Translations under genes and position numbers: made by a program | Part shown: positions 10,159-19,486 of the stretch, piece after piece | Position numbering within the stretch: position 1 is the first letter of the stretch | Layout: each line of letters opens with the position of its first letter | Notes under the pieces: model-generated | What the model saw: only the letters and a program-made list of their open reading frames with translations | The model's database searches: none | What the model was told of the DNA's origin: nothing | NCBI GenBank assembly: GCA_965200965.1 | Contig: OZ241744.1 | Span: forward strand, 800,001-864,000 | Source of the DNA: an uncultured Candidatus Binatia bacterium | GTDB taxonomy: Bacteria; Desulfobacterota; Binatia; Bin18 | Direction: 5' to 3' | DNA length: 64,000 bases

Positions 10159-11322
10159 TCATCTGAACAGGGACCGGGCAATTACCATCCGGTGTACCTC
10201 TGAGGGGCCTTCGCCAATCCGTCGCACGCGGGCTTCCCGGTACCAGCGCTCCAGGGGAAACTCTTTGGTCACGCCGTAGCCGCCGTGGATCTGGACGGCG
10301 TTGTCAATGACCCGGCCCAAGACCTCGCTCGAATACAGCTTGGCGATTGAGGCTTCGAGGCGGGCGTCCTCCCCCCGGTCGGCCTTCCAGGCCCCGTCCC
10401 AGATCAGCCAGCGGGTGGCGCGCAGTTCGACCTCGGCGTCGGCCAGCATCCACTGGACGGCTTGGCGCTGACTTAGCGCCTGACCGAAGGTCTGGCGTTG
10501 TTTGGCGTGCTCGATAGCCATGCGCTGGGCGGCGACGGCTACGCCGAGATTGGCGGCCGAGTAGGGGAAGCGGGCCTTGGTCAGCAGGTCAAAACAGAGA
10601 AACAGCCCTTGGCCCTCTTCGCCAATCATCTTGTCGGCCGGCACCCGGCAATCCTCAAACGAGACCTCAGTGGGAACCGAGACCGTGCGGATAGTCTTGA
10701 ACGGCCGGGGGGTGAAGCCCGGGGTGTCTTTGTCAATAATAAAACAACTGATGCCTTTGCGGCCTTTGGCCGGGTCGGTGCGCACAAAGACCACCCCCCA
10801 GTCGGCCAGATGGGCGTTGGAGATGAAAATCTTTGTGCCGTTAATCACCCACGAGTCGCCGTCTCTGACACCGCGACACTGGATGGCCCCGGCAGGGTCG
10901 GAGCCGCCGCCGGGTTCGGTAATGGCAAAAAAGGTTTTGAGCCCGTCGCACAGGGTCGGGACGGCGTAGCGCTGAATCTGCTCCGCGGTGCCAGCGTAGA
11001 TCGGGGCCGGCGGATAGCGGCCAAAGGTGCCGCAGCCCGGGTTGTACAGGCCCATCCGGTGCTGGGCCATTTCTTCGAGCACAACCGACATGCCAAAGGT
11101 GTTGACCCCGCCGCCCCCGAACTGTTCAGGAGCGGCTAGGCACCACAGGCCGGCCGCCTTGTTTTTGGCCATCAGGCGTCGGTAGTCGGCCTCCGGCAGG
11201 TCCGGGGCGTCGGGGTCAAGCTGCTGTTCGAGCGGCATGATCTCCTCACGGATAAAGCGCCGGACTTGGTCGCGGAGCAGGATGAGCTCCGAAGGAAAGC
11301 GAAAGCCCTGGAATGCTTCCAT
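10159..11322 (-). CDS. Acyl-CoA dehydrogenase
   Basis: FAITEPGGGSD, INGTKIFISNA, QIHGGYG, RIGEGPSEV. Confidence 0.95.
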   Translation of the reverse strand: MEAFQGFRFPSELILLRDQVRRFIREEIMPLEQQLDPDAPDLPEADYRRLMAKNKAAGLWCLAAPEQFGGGGVNTFGMSVVLEEMAQHRMGLYNPGCGTFGRYPPAPIYAGTAEQIQRYAVPTLCDGLKTFFAITEPGGGSDPAGAIQCRGVRDGDSWVINGTKIFISNAHLADWGVVFVRTDPAKGRKGISCFIIDKDTPGFTPRPFKTIRTVSVPTEVSFEDCRVPADKMIGEEGQGLFLCFDLLTKARFPYSAANLGVAVAAQRMAIEHAKQRQTFGQALSQRQAVQWMLADAEVELRATRWLIWDGAWKADRGEDARLEASIAKLYSSEVLGRVIDNAVQIHGGYGVTKEFPLERWYREARVRRIGEGPSEVHRMVIARSLFR

Positions 11323-11344
11323 GTCGCTCCCTCTAATCGGTGCG

Positions 11345-11770
11345 CTAATCGGCGCGCCTGAACTTGGGCATGGTCACTTCTGGAGTCACATCGTCAAAAA
11401 CAACCTCGACCGGCAGATCGAGCCTGAGTTCGTCGGGCGAGACATCTGTCAGCCAGCTGACCAGCCGCACGCCTTCTTCCATCTCGATCACCACCGGGCT
11501 GTAGGGCACGAGGTCGGCAAACTGGGCCAGCATGGGTTGGACCGCGGTCGTCCATGAGAAGACCTTGCCCCTGCCGCTCGACTGGGCCCACTCCCAGCTG
11601 AAAGACCCGCATGTGGCGCACATGTCGCGGGGCAGGTGTCGCCAGGTAGCGCAGTCGGCGCAGCGCTGAAACCGGAGTTGGTGCTGTTTGCAGTGGTCGT
11701 AAAACTCGACCGCCATGCTGTTGCGCAGCTTGGGCAGGGGACGGGTGTAGACGCGCGTTTCTTGTGCCAT
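11345..11770 (-). CDS. DUF35 Zn-ribbon/OB-fold protein (ChsH2 C-terminal-like)
   Basis: CADC...CATC Zn ribbon followed by OB fold (GRGKVFSWT, EEGVRLVS); adjacent to thiolase-like gene. Confidence 0.9.
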   Translation of the reverse strand: MAQETRVYTRPLPKLRNSMAVEFYDHCKQHQLRFQRCADCATWRHLPRDMCATCGSFSWEWAQSSGRGKVFSWTTAVQPMLAQFADLVPYSPVVIEMEEGVRLVSWLTDVSPDELRLDLPVEVVFDDVTPEVTMPKFRRAD

Positions 11771-11772
11771 GT

Positions 11773-12945
11773 CTATCTCCGCAAAATGGCCAGACTGCCG
11801 TCTCCAAAGTCGCCCCAGCCGGTGACGAGGCCGAGTTCAGCGTCTGTGACTTGGCGGTCGCCGGCTTCGTGGCGTAACTGGCGGGTGGCCTCGGTAATGT
11901 GATTCATGCCCCACACATGGGCTTCTGAGTGCAGGCCGCCGTGGGTGTTGATGGGCAGTTGGCCGCCGAGTTCCAGCCGGCCGCCCTGGACAAAGCCGCC
12001 GACCTCGCCGCGCTGGCAGAAGCCGAGGGCTTCGAGTTGGAGGAGGACGACATAGGAGAAACAGTCGTAGACCTCAATGAAGTCAATATCCTTGTGTTCG
12101 ACCCCGGCCATCTGAAAGGCGTTTGGGGCGGCAAAGCTCAGGCCGATGGTGAACGGGTCGGGCCGTGAGGGAATATCGTCAGCCGGGTAGGGGTGGCCCT
12201 CGGCCACGCCCGAGATGTACACCGGGTCGTGCCTGAGGTCTCTGGCCCGCTCCGGCGAGGTGATCACCACCGCGCAGGCCCCGTCGGTTTCCAGGCAGCA
12301 GTCAAACAGCCGAAACGGTTTGGCCACCCAGCGGGCGTTCAGATAGTCTTCCATGCTGAGCGGCCGGCCGCACATATAGGCTTTGTCGTTCAGTTGGGCG
12401 TGCTTGCGTGAAGCCACGGCCACCGCGCCCATTGCCTCGTCCGGGGTGCTGTACAACTCTTTGTGCCGGGTGGCCAGCCAGGCGTACCACTGGACGGGCA
12501 CGGATGCGCCGTAGGGCAGGTAGTATTCGCCGATGGTGGTGGCCATGACCCCTGGCGCGCCGCTGCCCCCTTCGGACCGGCCCAGATTGCGCACCCGCAT
12601 GGCCGAATAGCCGTTCCAGCCAAGCGGAATCAGAACATTTTTTGCTACCCCGCAGGCCACCGCCATCGCCGCGCTTTGCAGCGAGGTCACCGGGCTGGCC
12701 CCGCCCATATGGACCGTGACCGAGTAGCGCAGGTCCTCAATGCCGAGGTTGGCGGCAAAATGTTCGGCAGTGGAGGGCAGGGGGGGCGGGATGATGCCGT
12801 CGATGTCATGGGGGGTAAGGCCGGCGTCGTGGAGCGCCTTCATGGAGGCTTCGAGCATCAGCGACAGGTCGCTGCGGCCTGAGCCGCGGGTAAAGTCGGT
12901 TTCGCCAATGCCGACAAGACAGGCTTGATCGGTGAGTGGATGCAT
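11773..12945 (-). CDS. Thiolase-fold protein, Ltp2/SCP2-type (probable aldolase-like)
   Basis: [32 protein letters not shown]; Gly (MGGASP) at the thiolase nucleophile Cys position; SD AGGAGGAG. Confidence 0.88.
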   Translation of the reverse strand: MHPLTDQACLVGIGETDFTRGSGRSDLSLMLEASMKALHDAGLTPHDIDGIIPPPLPSTAEHFAANLGIEDLRYSVTVHMGGASPVTSLQSAAMAVACGVAKNVLIPLGWNGYSAMRVRNLGRSEGGSGAPGVMATTIGEYYLPYGASVPVQWYAWLATRHKELYSTPDEAMGAVAVASRKHAQLNDKAYMCGRPLSMEDYLNARWVAKPFRLFDCCLETDGACAVVITSPERARDLRHDPVYISGVAEGHPYPADDIPSRPDPFTIGLSFAAPNAFQMAGVEHKDIDFIEVYDCFSYVVLLQLEALGFCQRGEVGGFVQGGRLELGGQLPINTHGGLHSEAHVWGMNHITEATRQLRHEAGDRQVTDAELGLVTGWGDFGDGSLAILRR

Positions 12946-13092
12946 AGCTCCTCCTTTGCGGGCCGCATCGTACACCCGACCGGGCCGGATTGTAAAGCCA
13001 AAGCGGTGAGCTGGTGACTTCCTCAACGCTGCGCATCTCCTCTGCCACAAGTCCAGGAGATAACAAAGAACAAGACTGAACGCCTCGTAGGC

Positions 13093-13658
13093 ATGGCCAT
13101 CAGCGTTGTTGCGCTCGTGGTCTCGCTGGCTCAGGCCGCGGTTCTGGAGAGTCCGCCAATGGGGCGAATCTGTCCGGGATTGGGTTCATCTCCGGCTGGA
13201 AGTATGACGCCGGAGACATTACCGTTCCGCTCGATGGTGGGAGGCATATCCCGCTGGCAGAGGAGCAGCCTCGTGCGGAGGTGCGCCATGTCTGCGGCAC
13301 GGTCAATCATGGATTTATTATTCAAATCAATTGGGCTTTGCTCGGGGATGGGGAGCATACCGCGGTGGCCTGTGATGACGGGATAGAGTTCGCCTGGAGT
13401 ACGTTTATGGTAGTGATAACCGGAGAGGAGTTTTTGCGAGGGGTAACGGCCACGGTGCAGGTTCCTGACTTCCCGGCCCCTGGCGAAACGGCAACCCTGG
13501 TGTGGAACGAGAGCACGCAACACCTTGAGTTGACCGCTGTTGTTAGTCCAGAGCCGGAACCAGAGCAAGTCAGCATTGACGGCTGGACCTTCGTCGCGCA
13601 GGCTGGGAGGACGATGTCGCCCGAGCCCGTGCCTTGCTCGCCGCTGGGGCAGACGTGA
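13093..13658 (+). pseudogene. Frameshifted secreted protein with LESP...SGIGFISGW...CG..N.GF...NW.LLGDG domain
   Basis: Signal-peptide frame (MAISVVAL...AVLESP) continues in another frame after ~13153 as [17 protein letters not shown]... into ORF 13281-13658. Confidence 0.6.
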
Positions 13659-13851
13659 ACGCGCGGACGAACAGAGGCAGGACGCCCTTGTATTATGCGT
13701 TCACCGACGAAACGGCTCAGCTCCTACTCAGCCACGGCGCGACAAAATAGTCGCTTCCCTCCGCCCTTTAGCCCTGCAAGCCGGCCGAACCGGGCGGACG
13801 GCGTGCTCACACGCTTTCAGGCTCGGGCGCTTTGGGCTATGCTAGGGTGGC

Positions 13852-14754
13852 ATGAAGATCCGACGCCTGTTTGAGACCCGGACCCAGACGTTTTCCTTTG
13901 AGTTTTTTCCGCCTCAGTCCCCGGCCGAGGTTGAGCAACTGTTTGCCCGGGCACGGGAACTGAGGCCGCTCGGCCCGAGTTTTATTTCGGTAACATATGG
14001 GGCCGGCGGCTCAGCCAGGAAAAATACGATTGATCTGGTGAGCCGCTTTCAGGATGAGCTGGGGCTCATCGGCATGGCCCATCTGACATGTGTGGGGCAT
14101 ACTCAGGCCGAGTTGCGCGACATTCTCCGGGAGTTTCGGGCGCGGGGCATCGAGAATGTAATGTGTCTGCGGGGCGACCCACCGCGCGGTCAGGCCAGCT
14201 TCGAGCCGGTGCAGGGCGGCTTCGCCCACGCCAATGAACTGGTCTCTCTGGCCCGGGCCAGCGGCGAATTCTGTATTGGTGTGGCCGGCTACCCGGAGCC
14301 GCATCCCGAGAGTGAGAGCAGGGAGCTTGACCTGCTGCGGCTCCAGTACAAAGTTGACTGTGGGGCGGATTTTGTTATCACCCAACTGTTCTACGACAAC
14401 CGGGACTATTTCGACTTTGTGGACCGGGCCGGCCGGCTCGGCGTCCTGTGTCGGATCATCCCCGGTGTCATGCCGATTGTAAACTACCGCCAGATTGTCC
14501 GCATCACCCGGCTGTGCGGGGCAAGGATTCCGGCTGAGTTGGTTGCCCGCCTGGAGCCGGTTGCCGATGACCTTCAAGCATCGCTTGAAGTCGGGATTGA
14601 ATGGGCGTGGCAGCAGTGTGAAGACTTGCTCAAACAGGGCGCTCCCGGCATCCACTTCTACACGCTGAACCGCTCTGAGGCAACCAAGCGCATCTTTGCG
14701 CGTCTGCGCCACGGTCCGGTCAAAACACTGCTGCCGCCGCTGGTATCTGCCTAG
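13852..14754 (+). CDS. metF: 5,10-methylenetetrahydrofolate reductase
   Basis: SFEFFPP, SVTYGAGG, AHLTC, LRGDPP, VAGYPE, ITQLFYD, HFYTLN. Confidence 0.97.
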   Translation: MKIRRLFETRTQTFSFEFFPPQSPAEVEQLFARARELRPLGPSFISVTYGAGGSARKNTIDLVSRFQDELGLIGMAHLTCVGHTQAELRDILREFRARGIENVMCLRGDPPRGQASFEPVQGGFAHANELVSLARASGEFCIGVAGYPEPHPESESRELDLLRLQYKVDCGADFVITQLFYDNRDYFDFVDRAGRLGVLCRIIPGVMPIVNYRQIVRITRLCGARIPAELVARLEPVADDLQASLEVGIEWAWQQCEDLLKQGAPGIHFYTLNRSEATKRIFARLRHGPVKTLLPPLVSA

Positions 14755-14784
14755 GGCAGGGGCCGGCGCGGGGTTGTCCTGACA

Positions 14785-14814
14785 TTGACCGGGCTGCCCC
14801 CGACGGGCTATTGT
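14785..14814 (+). promoter_or_regulatory. Putative sigma70 promoter for the cupin-methionine synthase pair
   Basis: TTGACC-18 nt-TATTGT, 22 nt upstream of ATG 14837. Confidence 0.45.
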
Positions 14815-14836
14815 CCGTCTGACAGGAGCCTCGTGT

Positions 14837-15898
14837 ATGGCACATCGCGCACCCTCAGCGACCGTCGGCCCAGACCGGGCGACCGCCTTTCTTGACGGCT
14901 TGTCGCGGTTCAAGGTCGGCCCGTTGTGGAAGGTGCTGGGACAGATATTGACGCCTGAGCCGCAGACCAGGGCTGTTCCCCACCTGTGGTCGTGGCAGGA
15001 ACTCCGCCCGCAGTTCTTACGCTCGGGCGAGGTAGTGACCGCGGCCGAGGCTGAACGGCGGGTGTTGATGCTCCTCAACCCAGGCTTGAAGGGCCGCGTA
15101 GCCACGACGACGACCTTATACGGCGGCTTGCAACTCATCCTGCCCGGAGAAATCGCCCGGACGCACCGCCATACGCCTGATGCGCTATATTTTATCATGG
15201 AAGGCGAGGGCGCGTATACGGTCGTTGACGGCGATAAGATGACAATGGCCCCCGGTGACTTTGTGCTGACTCCCAACTGGACTTGGCACGACCACGGCAG
15301 CGAGGGCGACCACCCCGTGGTGTGGCTGGACGGCTTGGATATTCCGCTGGTCTCGCTGCTGGAAAATATCTTCACCCAAGCCTTTCCCCAGGAGGCCCAG
15401 CCCGTCACCAAGCCGCTCAATACGTCTGTGGCTATCTACGGCAGAGGGGGGCTGCTGCCCAGTTGGCAGCGAGCGGTCAACAAGGGCCGGTCTGGGCTGC
15501 TGAAATACGCCTGGACGGACGCTTATGACACGCTGATGAGTCTGGGCAAAGATGAGGAAAGTCCGTTTGACGGTAGCCTGCTCGAATATGTGAATCCGCT
15601 CAATGGTGGACCGTCGCTGTCGACTATGGCCAGCTTCCTCCAGCACTTACGGCCCAGCCAGAACACCCGGACTCACCGCCACAGCACCAGCACGGTGTAT
15701 CTGGCTGTGCAGGGCCACGGCCGGACGCTCATAGACGGCCGGGCCTGTGACTGGGCTCCGGGGGATGTGTTTGCCCTGCCCCTGTGGGCGGCGCATAGCC
15801 ACCAGAATCGGTCGGCCAGCCACGACGCCTTGTTGTTTTCGTTCAGCGACGCGCCGGTGATGTGTGCGCTGGGCTGGTATCGGGAGCAGGAACTATAG
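14837..15898 (+). CDS. Bicupin dioxygenase, gentisate 1,2-dioxygenase family
   Basis: AERRVLML.NPGL, HRHT, TPNWTWHDH, WLDGLDIPL, second cupin HRHS. Confidence 0.9.
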   Translation: MAHRAPSATVGPDRATAFLDGLSRFKVGPLWKVLGQILTPEPQTRAVPHLWSWQELRPQFLRSGEVVTAAEAERRVLMLLNPGLKGRVATTTTLYGGLQLILPGEIARTHRHTPDALYFIMEGEGAYTVVDGDKMTMAPGDFVLTPNWTWHDHGSEGDHPVVWLDGLDIPLVSLLENIFTQAFPQEAQPVTKPLNTSVAIYGRGGLLPSWQRAVNKGRSGLLKYAWTDAYDTLMSLGKDEESPFDGSLLEYVNPLNGGPSLSTMASFLQHLRPSQNTRTHRHSTSTVYLAVQGHGRTLIDGRACDWAPGDVFALPLWAAHSHQNRSASHDALLFSFSDAPVMCALGWYREQEL

Positions 15899-15910
15899 AG
15901 GAGCTGTCGT

Positions 15911-16936
15911 ATGCTGCAAACCATGATTGTCGGCAGCTTGCCACGTCCGACTTGGCTTGTCCCGCCCCACCGCATGTATGTGTCCTGGCAGCTTGATGAG
16001 GCTGGGCGGGCCGAGGGCTGCGACGATGCGGTCGTGCTGGCGGTGGCCGACCAGGAACGCGCAGGACTGCATATCCTGACCGATGGCGAACAACGCCGCC
16101 GGCACTATATCTGGGGCTTTTGTGAGGGGCTGAGCGGCCTTGATTTCAGTCGCCTGGTCAAGATCGAGACCCGTGGCAACCGCTACGGTGTCCAGCTTGA
16201 TGCGGCCCGGGTAATCGGGTCTATTCGGCGGCCCACAGCCATTCTTGTGGACGCCTTGCGCTTTCTGAAACAGCAGACCAGCAAGCCGGTCAAAGTGACC
16301 CTGCCCGGCCCGATGACCACGGCCGACACCCTGGCCGACGAGCACTATGGGGACCGCCAGACCCTGGCCGCTGAAATCGCCAAAGTGCTTAACGAAGAGG
16401 CGCTGGAGTTGGCCGAAAACGGCTGCGATATCGTCCAGTTTGACGAGCCGTGTTTTAATATCTATCTGGACGCGGTTGAGGACTGGGGCATCCGCGCCCT
16501 GGAGGCCGCGGCCAAGGGAGTCAGGGCCAAAATCGCGGTCCATATCTGCTATGGCTATGGCATTCCTGTGGTGCTGGAGTGGAAGAGCCGCAATACGGAC
16601 TGGAGTCATTACGGGCGAACGCTGCCCCTGCTGCGGACCAGCGCCATTGACATGATCTCGGTCGAGTGTGCCGCTTCGGGGGTTGATCCTTCGGTCCTGG
16701 CCTTGGCCCGGGGTAAAGACCTGATGGTCGGGGTGGTTGATGTTGGCACTGAAGAGGTCGAGACCCCACAGACCGTCGCGGCACGCATTCGCGCCGCTCT
16801 CCAATATGTTGAGCCACAGCACCTCTACCCGTGTACCGACTGTGGGATGATTCCGCGCTCGCGGACCGCAGCCCGGGGAAAGATGAAGGCTCTGGCAGAC
16901 GGGGCATGGCTGGTCCGCTCGGAGCTCAGCGGCTAG
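15911..16936 (+). CDS. Core (single-barrel) cobalamin-independent methionine synthase, MesD-like
   Basis: VGSLPRP, TDGEQ, LPGPMT, QFDEP, Zn ligands HIC(YGYG), E and PCTDCGM; 341 aa without the N-terminal folate barrel of MetE. Confidence 0.85.
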   Translation: MLQTMIVGSLPRPTWLVPPHRMYVSWQLDEAGRAEGCDDAVVLAVADQERAGLHILTDGEQRRRHYIWGFCEGLSGLDFSRLVKIETRGNRYGVQLDAARVIGSIRRPTAILVDALRFLKQQTSKPVKVTLPGPMTTADTLADEHYGDRQTLAAEIAKVLNEEALELAENGCDIVQFDEPCFNIYLDAVEDWGIRALEAAAKGVRAKIAVHICYGYGIPVVLEWKSRNTDWSHYGRTLPLLRTSAIDMISVECAASGVDPSVLALARGKDLMVGVVDVGTEEVETPQTVAARIRAALQYVEPQHLYPCTDCGMIPRSRTAARGKMKALADGAWLVRSELSG

Positions 16937-16956
16937 GCCGGCGGTCGAGGAAAGAG

Positions 16957-17067
16957 ATGGGCTATTTACGCGAACTGTTTGGTGGCAACCCTTTGCTGAT
17001 GGGGGCGTTTCTCGGGATCGTGATTGCTGCCACGGTTATCTTTTTTGCTGGGCGCGGACGCTCTTAG
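16957..17067 (+). CDS. Small single-TM protein (36 aa)
   Basis: GAGGA SD; MGYLRELFGGNPLLMGAFLGIVIAATVIFFAGRGRS has one hydrophobic helix and a basic tail. Confidence 0.55.
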   Translation: MGYLRELFGGNPLLMGAFLGIVIAATVIFFAGRGRS

Positions 17068-17090
17068 GCAGCCCGCCCAAGGGCCGGGGC

Positions 17091-17639
17091 TTAGTCTTCG
17101 ATACCGAGTCGCTGCTTGCCCTCGGCTGAGATCATCTCTGGTCCCCAGGGCGGGTCCCACACAACCTGTACATCGGCCTCTTCGACTCCCGTCAGGCTCT
17201 CAATCCGGTGCTGGGCATCCATCGCAATGGCCGGACCCATGCCACAGCCCGGCGCGGTGAGGGTCATCTTGACCTCGACTTTGCTCTCGCCGCTGGGTAG
17301 CGACTGGAGTTGCATGTCATACACCAGCCCTAAGTCCACGATATTCACCGGGATTTCCGGATCATAGACATTTCTGAGGGCTGCCCAGACCTGCTCTTCG
17401 CTGAGCGTGCCATCTCCCGCTTGTGGGGCGGTTGCTGCTGTGGGCTGTTTGCCAATCGCGTCGGCATCGGCGTCAGACACCCGATACAAGCCGCCCAAGG
17501 TTGGCAACTGGAGGGTATAGGTATCGCCGAGGGCCTGGGTGATCACGCCTGGTGTGCCTTTGGGAATGATCACGGTCGTGCCCTGAGGGATCTGCACGAC
17601 TTCACAGTCTCTCTGAAACTCGACTTCTTCGTAGCTCAT
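17091..17639 (-). CDS. sufT: Fe-S cluster assembly protein SufT (DUF59)
   Basis: RDCEVVQIPQG..ITQALG N-domain; YDPEIPVNIVDLGLVY, MTLTAPGCGMG, VWDPPW. Confidence 0.9.
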   Translation of the reverse strand: MSYEEVEFQRDCEVVQIPQGTTVIIPKGTPGVITQALGDTYTLQLPTLGGLYRVSDADADAIGKQPTAATAPQAGDGTLSEEQVWAALRNVYDPEIPVNIVDLGLVYDMQLQSLPSGESKVEVKMTLTAPGCGMGPAIAMDAQHRIESLTGVEEADVQVVWDPPWGPEMISAEGKQRLGIED

Positions 17640-17721
17640 CGGGCAACTCCTTTCGTCTGTCGGGTGGTTCAATTCAGACAGATAAGGTCTATGATGTCAA
17701 TTCAAGCCGAAAAGCGTGGCT

Positions 17722-18645
17722 TCAGCCCCTATCCCGGAATTCTTTGAAGGCTGCCCGGACCAGGTCGGGGCGGTCTTCTTGCACATAGTGGCCGCTGCGC
17801 AAAATGACCGAGATGTCTGAGTTGGGGATCTCTTCATCCAGCTGGCGGCCGACCTCCAGCGGGACAAGGGTATCGTGCGGCCCCCAGACCAGCAGGGTCG
17901 GGACGTGTATGTAGGATAGGTTGGGCTTGATTTCCTGTTCGAGTACCGGCTCGGCATCAAACTCTCGGATAAACTTCCGCAGGCTCGTCCGCGCTCCAGG
18001 ATCGTCCCAATAGGGCCTCAGGTAGGGCTTGAGGGCGATATCGCTCATTTTGTCCTGGACTTCCACCCCGGCCCGGAAGACGCGTTTGAGAAACCAGTCG
18101 CCGGTCAACAGGTGGCCGAGCCCGGGCAGGCCCAACAAACGGACGTTAAGCGTGGGGCTGTTGTCATACAGCGGAGCGCTGACCAGAATCAGCTTGCGGA
18201 TGGCTCCGGGGTTGCGGACCGCGTGCAGGGCGATGATCAGGGCTCCGACCCCGTGACCGCCGAGGATTGGATTTTCCAGGTTGAGCGCTTGCAAAAAGGT
18301 GTTGAGCTGGGAGGCGTAGGTTTCAATATCGTAGCGCCGGTCCTGGGGTTTTTCCGAATAACCAAAGCCCATCAGATCCAGGGTATAGACGGTCGTGCCG
18401 TAGGTCAGACCCGGGATGATGTTGCGCCAGATGTAGGACGAGGTGCCAAGCCCGTGTAACAAGACCATCGGGCGGCCCAAGCCCTGCTGGTCATAGTGCA
18501 GGGCTACCCCGTCAATGGTGATGTACTTTTTATCTGGGTATTTCTCCTGTAAGGCCGTGCCGGACAGGCTGGGTTGCGAGCCGCAGGCGGCCATCAGCAG
18601 GGCCACGGCGAGCATTCCTGCTCCCAGCCACATTCGATCGTTCAT
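17722..18645 (-). CDS. Lipoprotein with alpha/beta-hydrolase fold
   Basis: Lipobox LMAAC; LLHG, DLMGFGYS, WGPHD, SGHYVQED; nucleophile elbow reads GHGVG. Confidence 0.85.
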   Translation of the reverse strand: MNDRMWLGAGMLAVALLMAACGSQPSLSGTALQEKYPDKKYITIDGVALHYDQQGLGRPMVLLHGLGTSSYIWRNIIPGLTYGTTVYTLDLMGFGYSEKPQDRRYDIETYASQLNTFLQALNLENPILGGHGVGALIIALHAVRNPGAIRKLILVSAPLYDNSPTLNVRLLGLPGLGHLLTGDWFLKRVFRAGVEVQDKMSDIALKPYLRPYWDDPGARTSLRKFIREFDAEPVLEQEIKPNLSYIHVPTLLVWGPHDTLVPLEVGRQLDEEIPNSDISVILRSGHYVQEDRPDLVRAAFKEFRDRG

Positions 18646-18687
18646 GTGCTCTCTCACTTCCCTGGTCGTGTCCTGAAATCATGAAGT

Positions 18688-18716
18688 TTGACACGCCTCA
18701 GCCGGGCACGCACAAT
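18688..18716 (+). promoter_or_regulatory. sigma70-type promoter upstream of the nitroreductase gene
   Basis: TTGACA-17 nt-CACAAT. Confidence 0.55.
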
Positions 18717-18805
18717 GGCGGAGGCTCTGATGTAAGGCTCCCGGTACTGTAGCGTTACGCTGGGCTTCCGGCAAGGGGATGCCCGGACGAGGTAAGGAGG
18801 AGACA

Positions 18806-19459
18806 ATGGCCCAACACGAGTTGTTTGAGATCATAGCTTCAACCCGGAGTATGCGCCGTCTGAAACCCGATCCGGTTCCAGATGCGCTTATTTATCAGGT
18901 TCTTGACGCCGGGATTCGTGCGCCGAGTGGCACCAATACCCAAAACTGGCGTTTTGTGGTGGTCAAAGACCCGGACATCAAAAAACAGGTGGCCGCGGTC
19001 TACCAAAAGGGCTGGGCTCAGGTTGAACAACTCTACGGGAGCCGACCCGGGCCTGAACACATGGAGGAGGCAAAGTTTCTCCGGCTGATCGACGCGGCTT
19101 CGTATCTGGCCCACAATATGGCCGAGGTTCCGGTCCTGCTGTTCGCCTGTCTCAAAGAACGGGCCATGCCGCCCGAGCTGGCGGCCAGACTGGCGCGTTT
19201 GTCCGGCTCAAGTATTTATCCTGCGGTCCAGAACATGCTGCTGGCGTGTCGCGCCCTGGGGCTCGGCGCGACCCTGACAACGGTTGCCTCGCTCCACGAA
19301 GAAGAAATCAGGGCTGTTTTGAAGCTGCCTGAGGATGTTTCGACCTATGCCTTGCTGCCAATCGGCTATCCCCTAGGCAGGTTTGGACCGGTGACGCGCG
19401 TGCCGGTTGAAGAGGTGAGTTGTGTTGACCAGTGGGGAGAGCCGTTCAAAAAGGGCTGA
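18806..19459 (+). CDS. Nitroreductase family protein
   Basis: TRSMRRLKPDPVP, RAPSGTNTQNWRFVVV, AVQNMLLACRALGLG, PIGYP; SD AAGGAGG. Confidence 0.92.
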   Translation: MAQHELFEIIASTRSMRRLKPDPVPDALIYQVLDAGIRAPSGTNTQNWRFVVVKDPDIKKQVAAVYQKGWAQVEQLYGSRPGPEHMEEAKFLRLIDAASYLAHNMAEVPVLLFACLKERAMPPELAARLARLSGSSIYPAVQNMLLACRALGLGATLTTVASLHEEEIRAVLKLPEDVSTYALLPIGYPLGRFGPVTRVPVEEVSCVDQWGEPFKKG

Positions 19460-19486
19460 TAAAAGGCTGGGCAGGCCGGGACAGGC

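Noticed and set aside
11333-11356. 12-bp imperfect tandem repeat CTAATCGGTGCG/CTAATCGGCGCG
   Set aside because: Only two copies, duplicating the DUF35 gene end; likely slippage without function.
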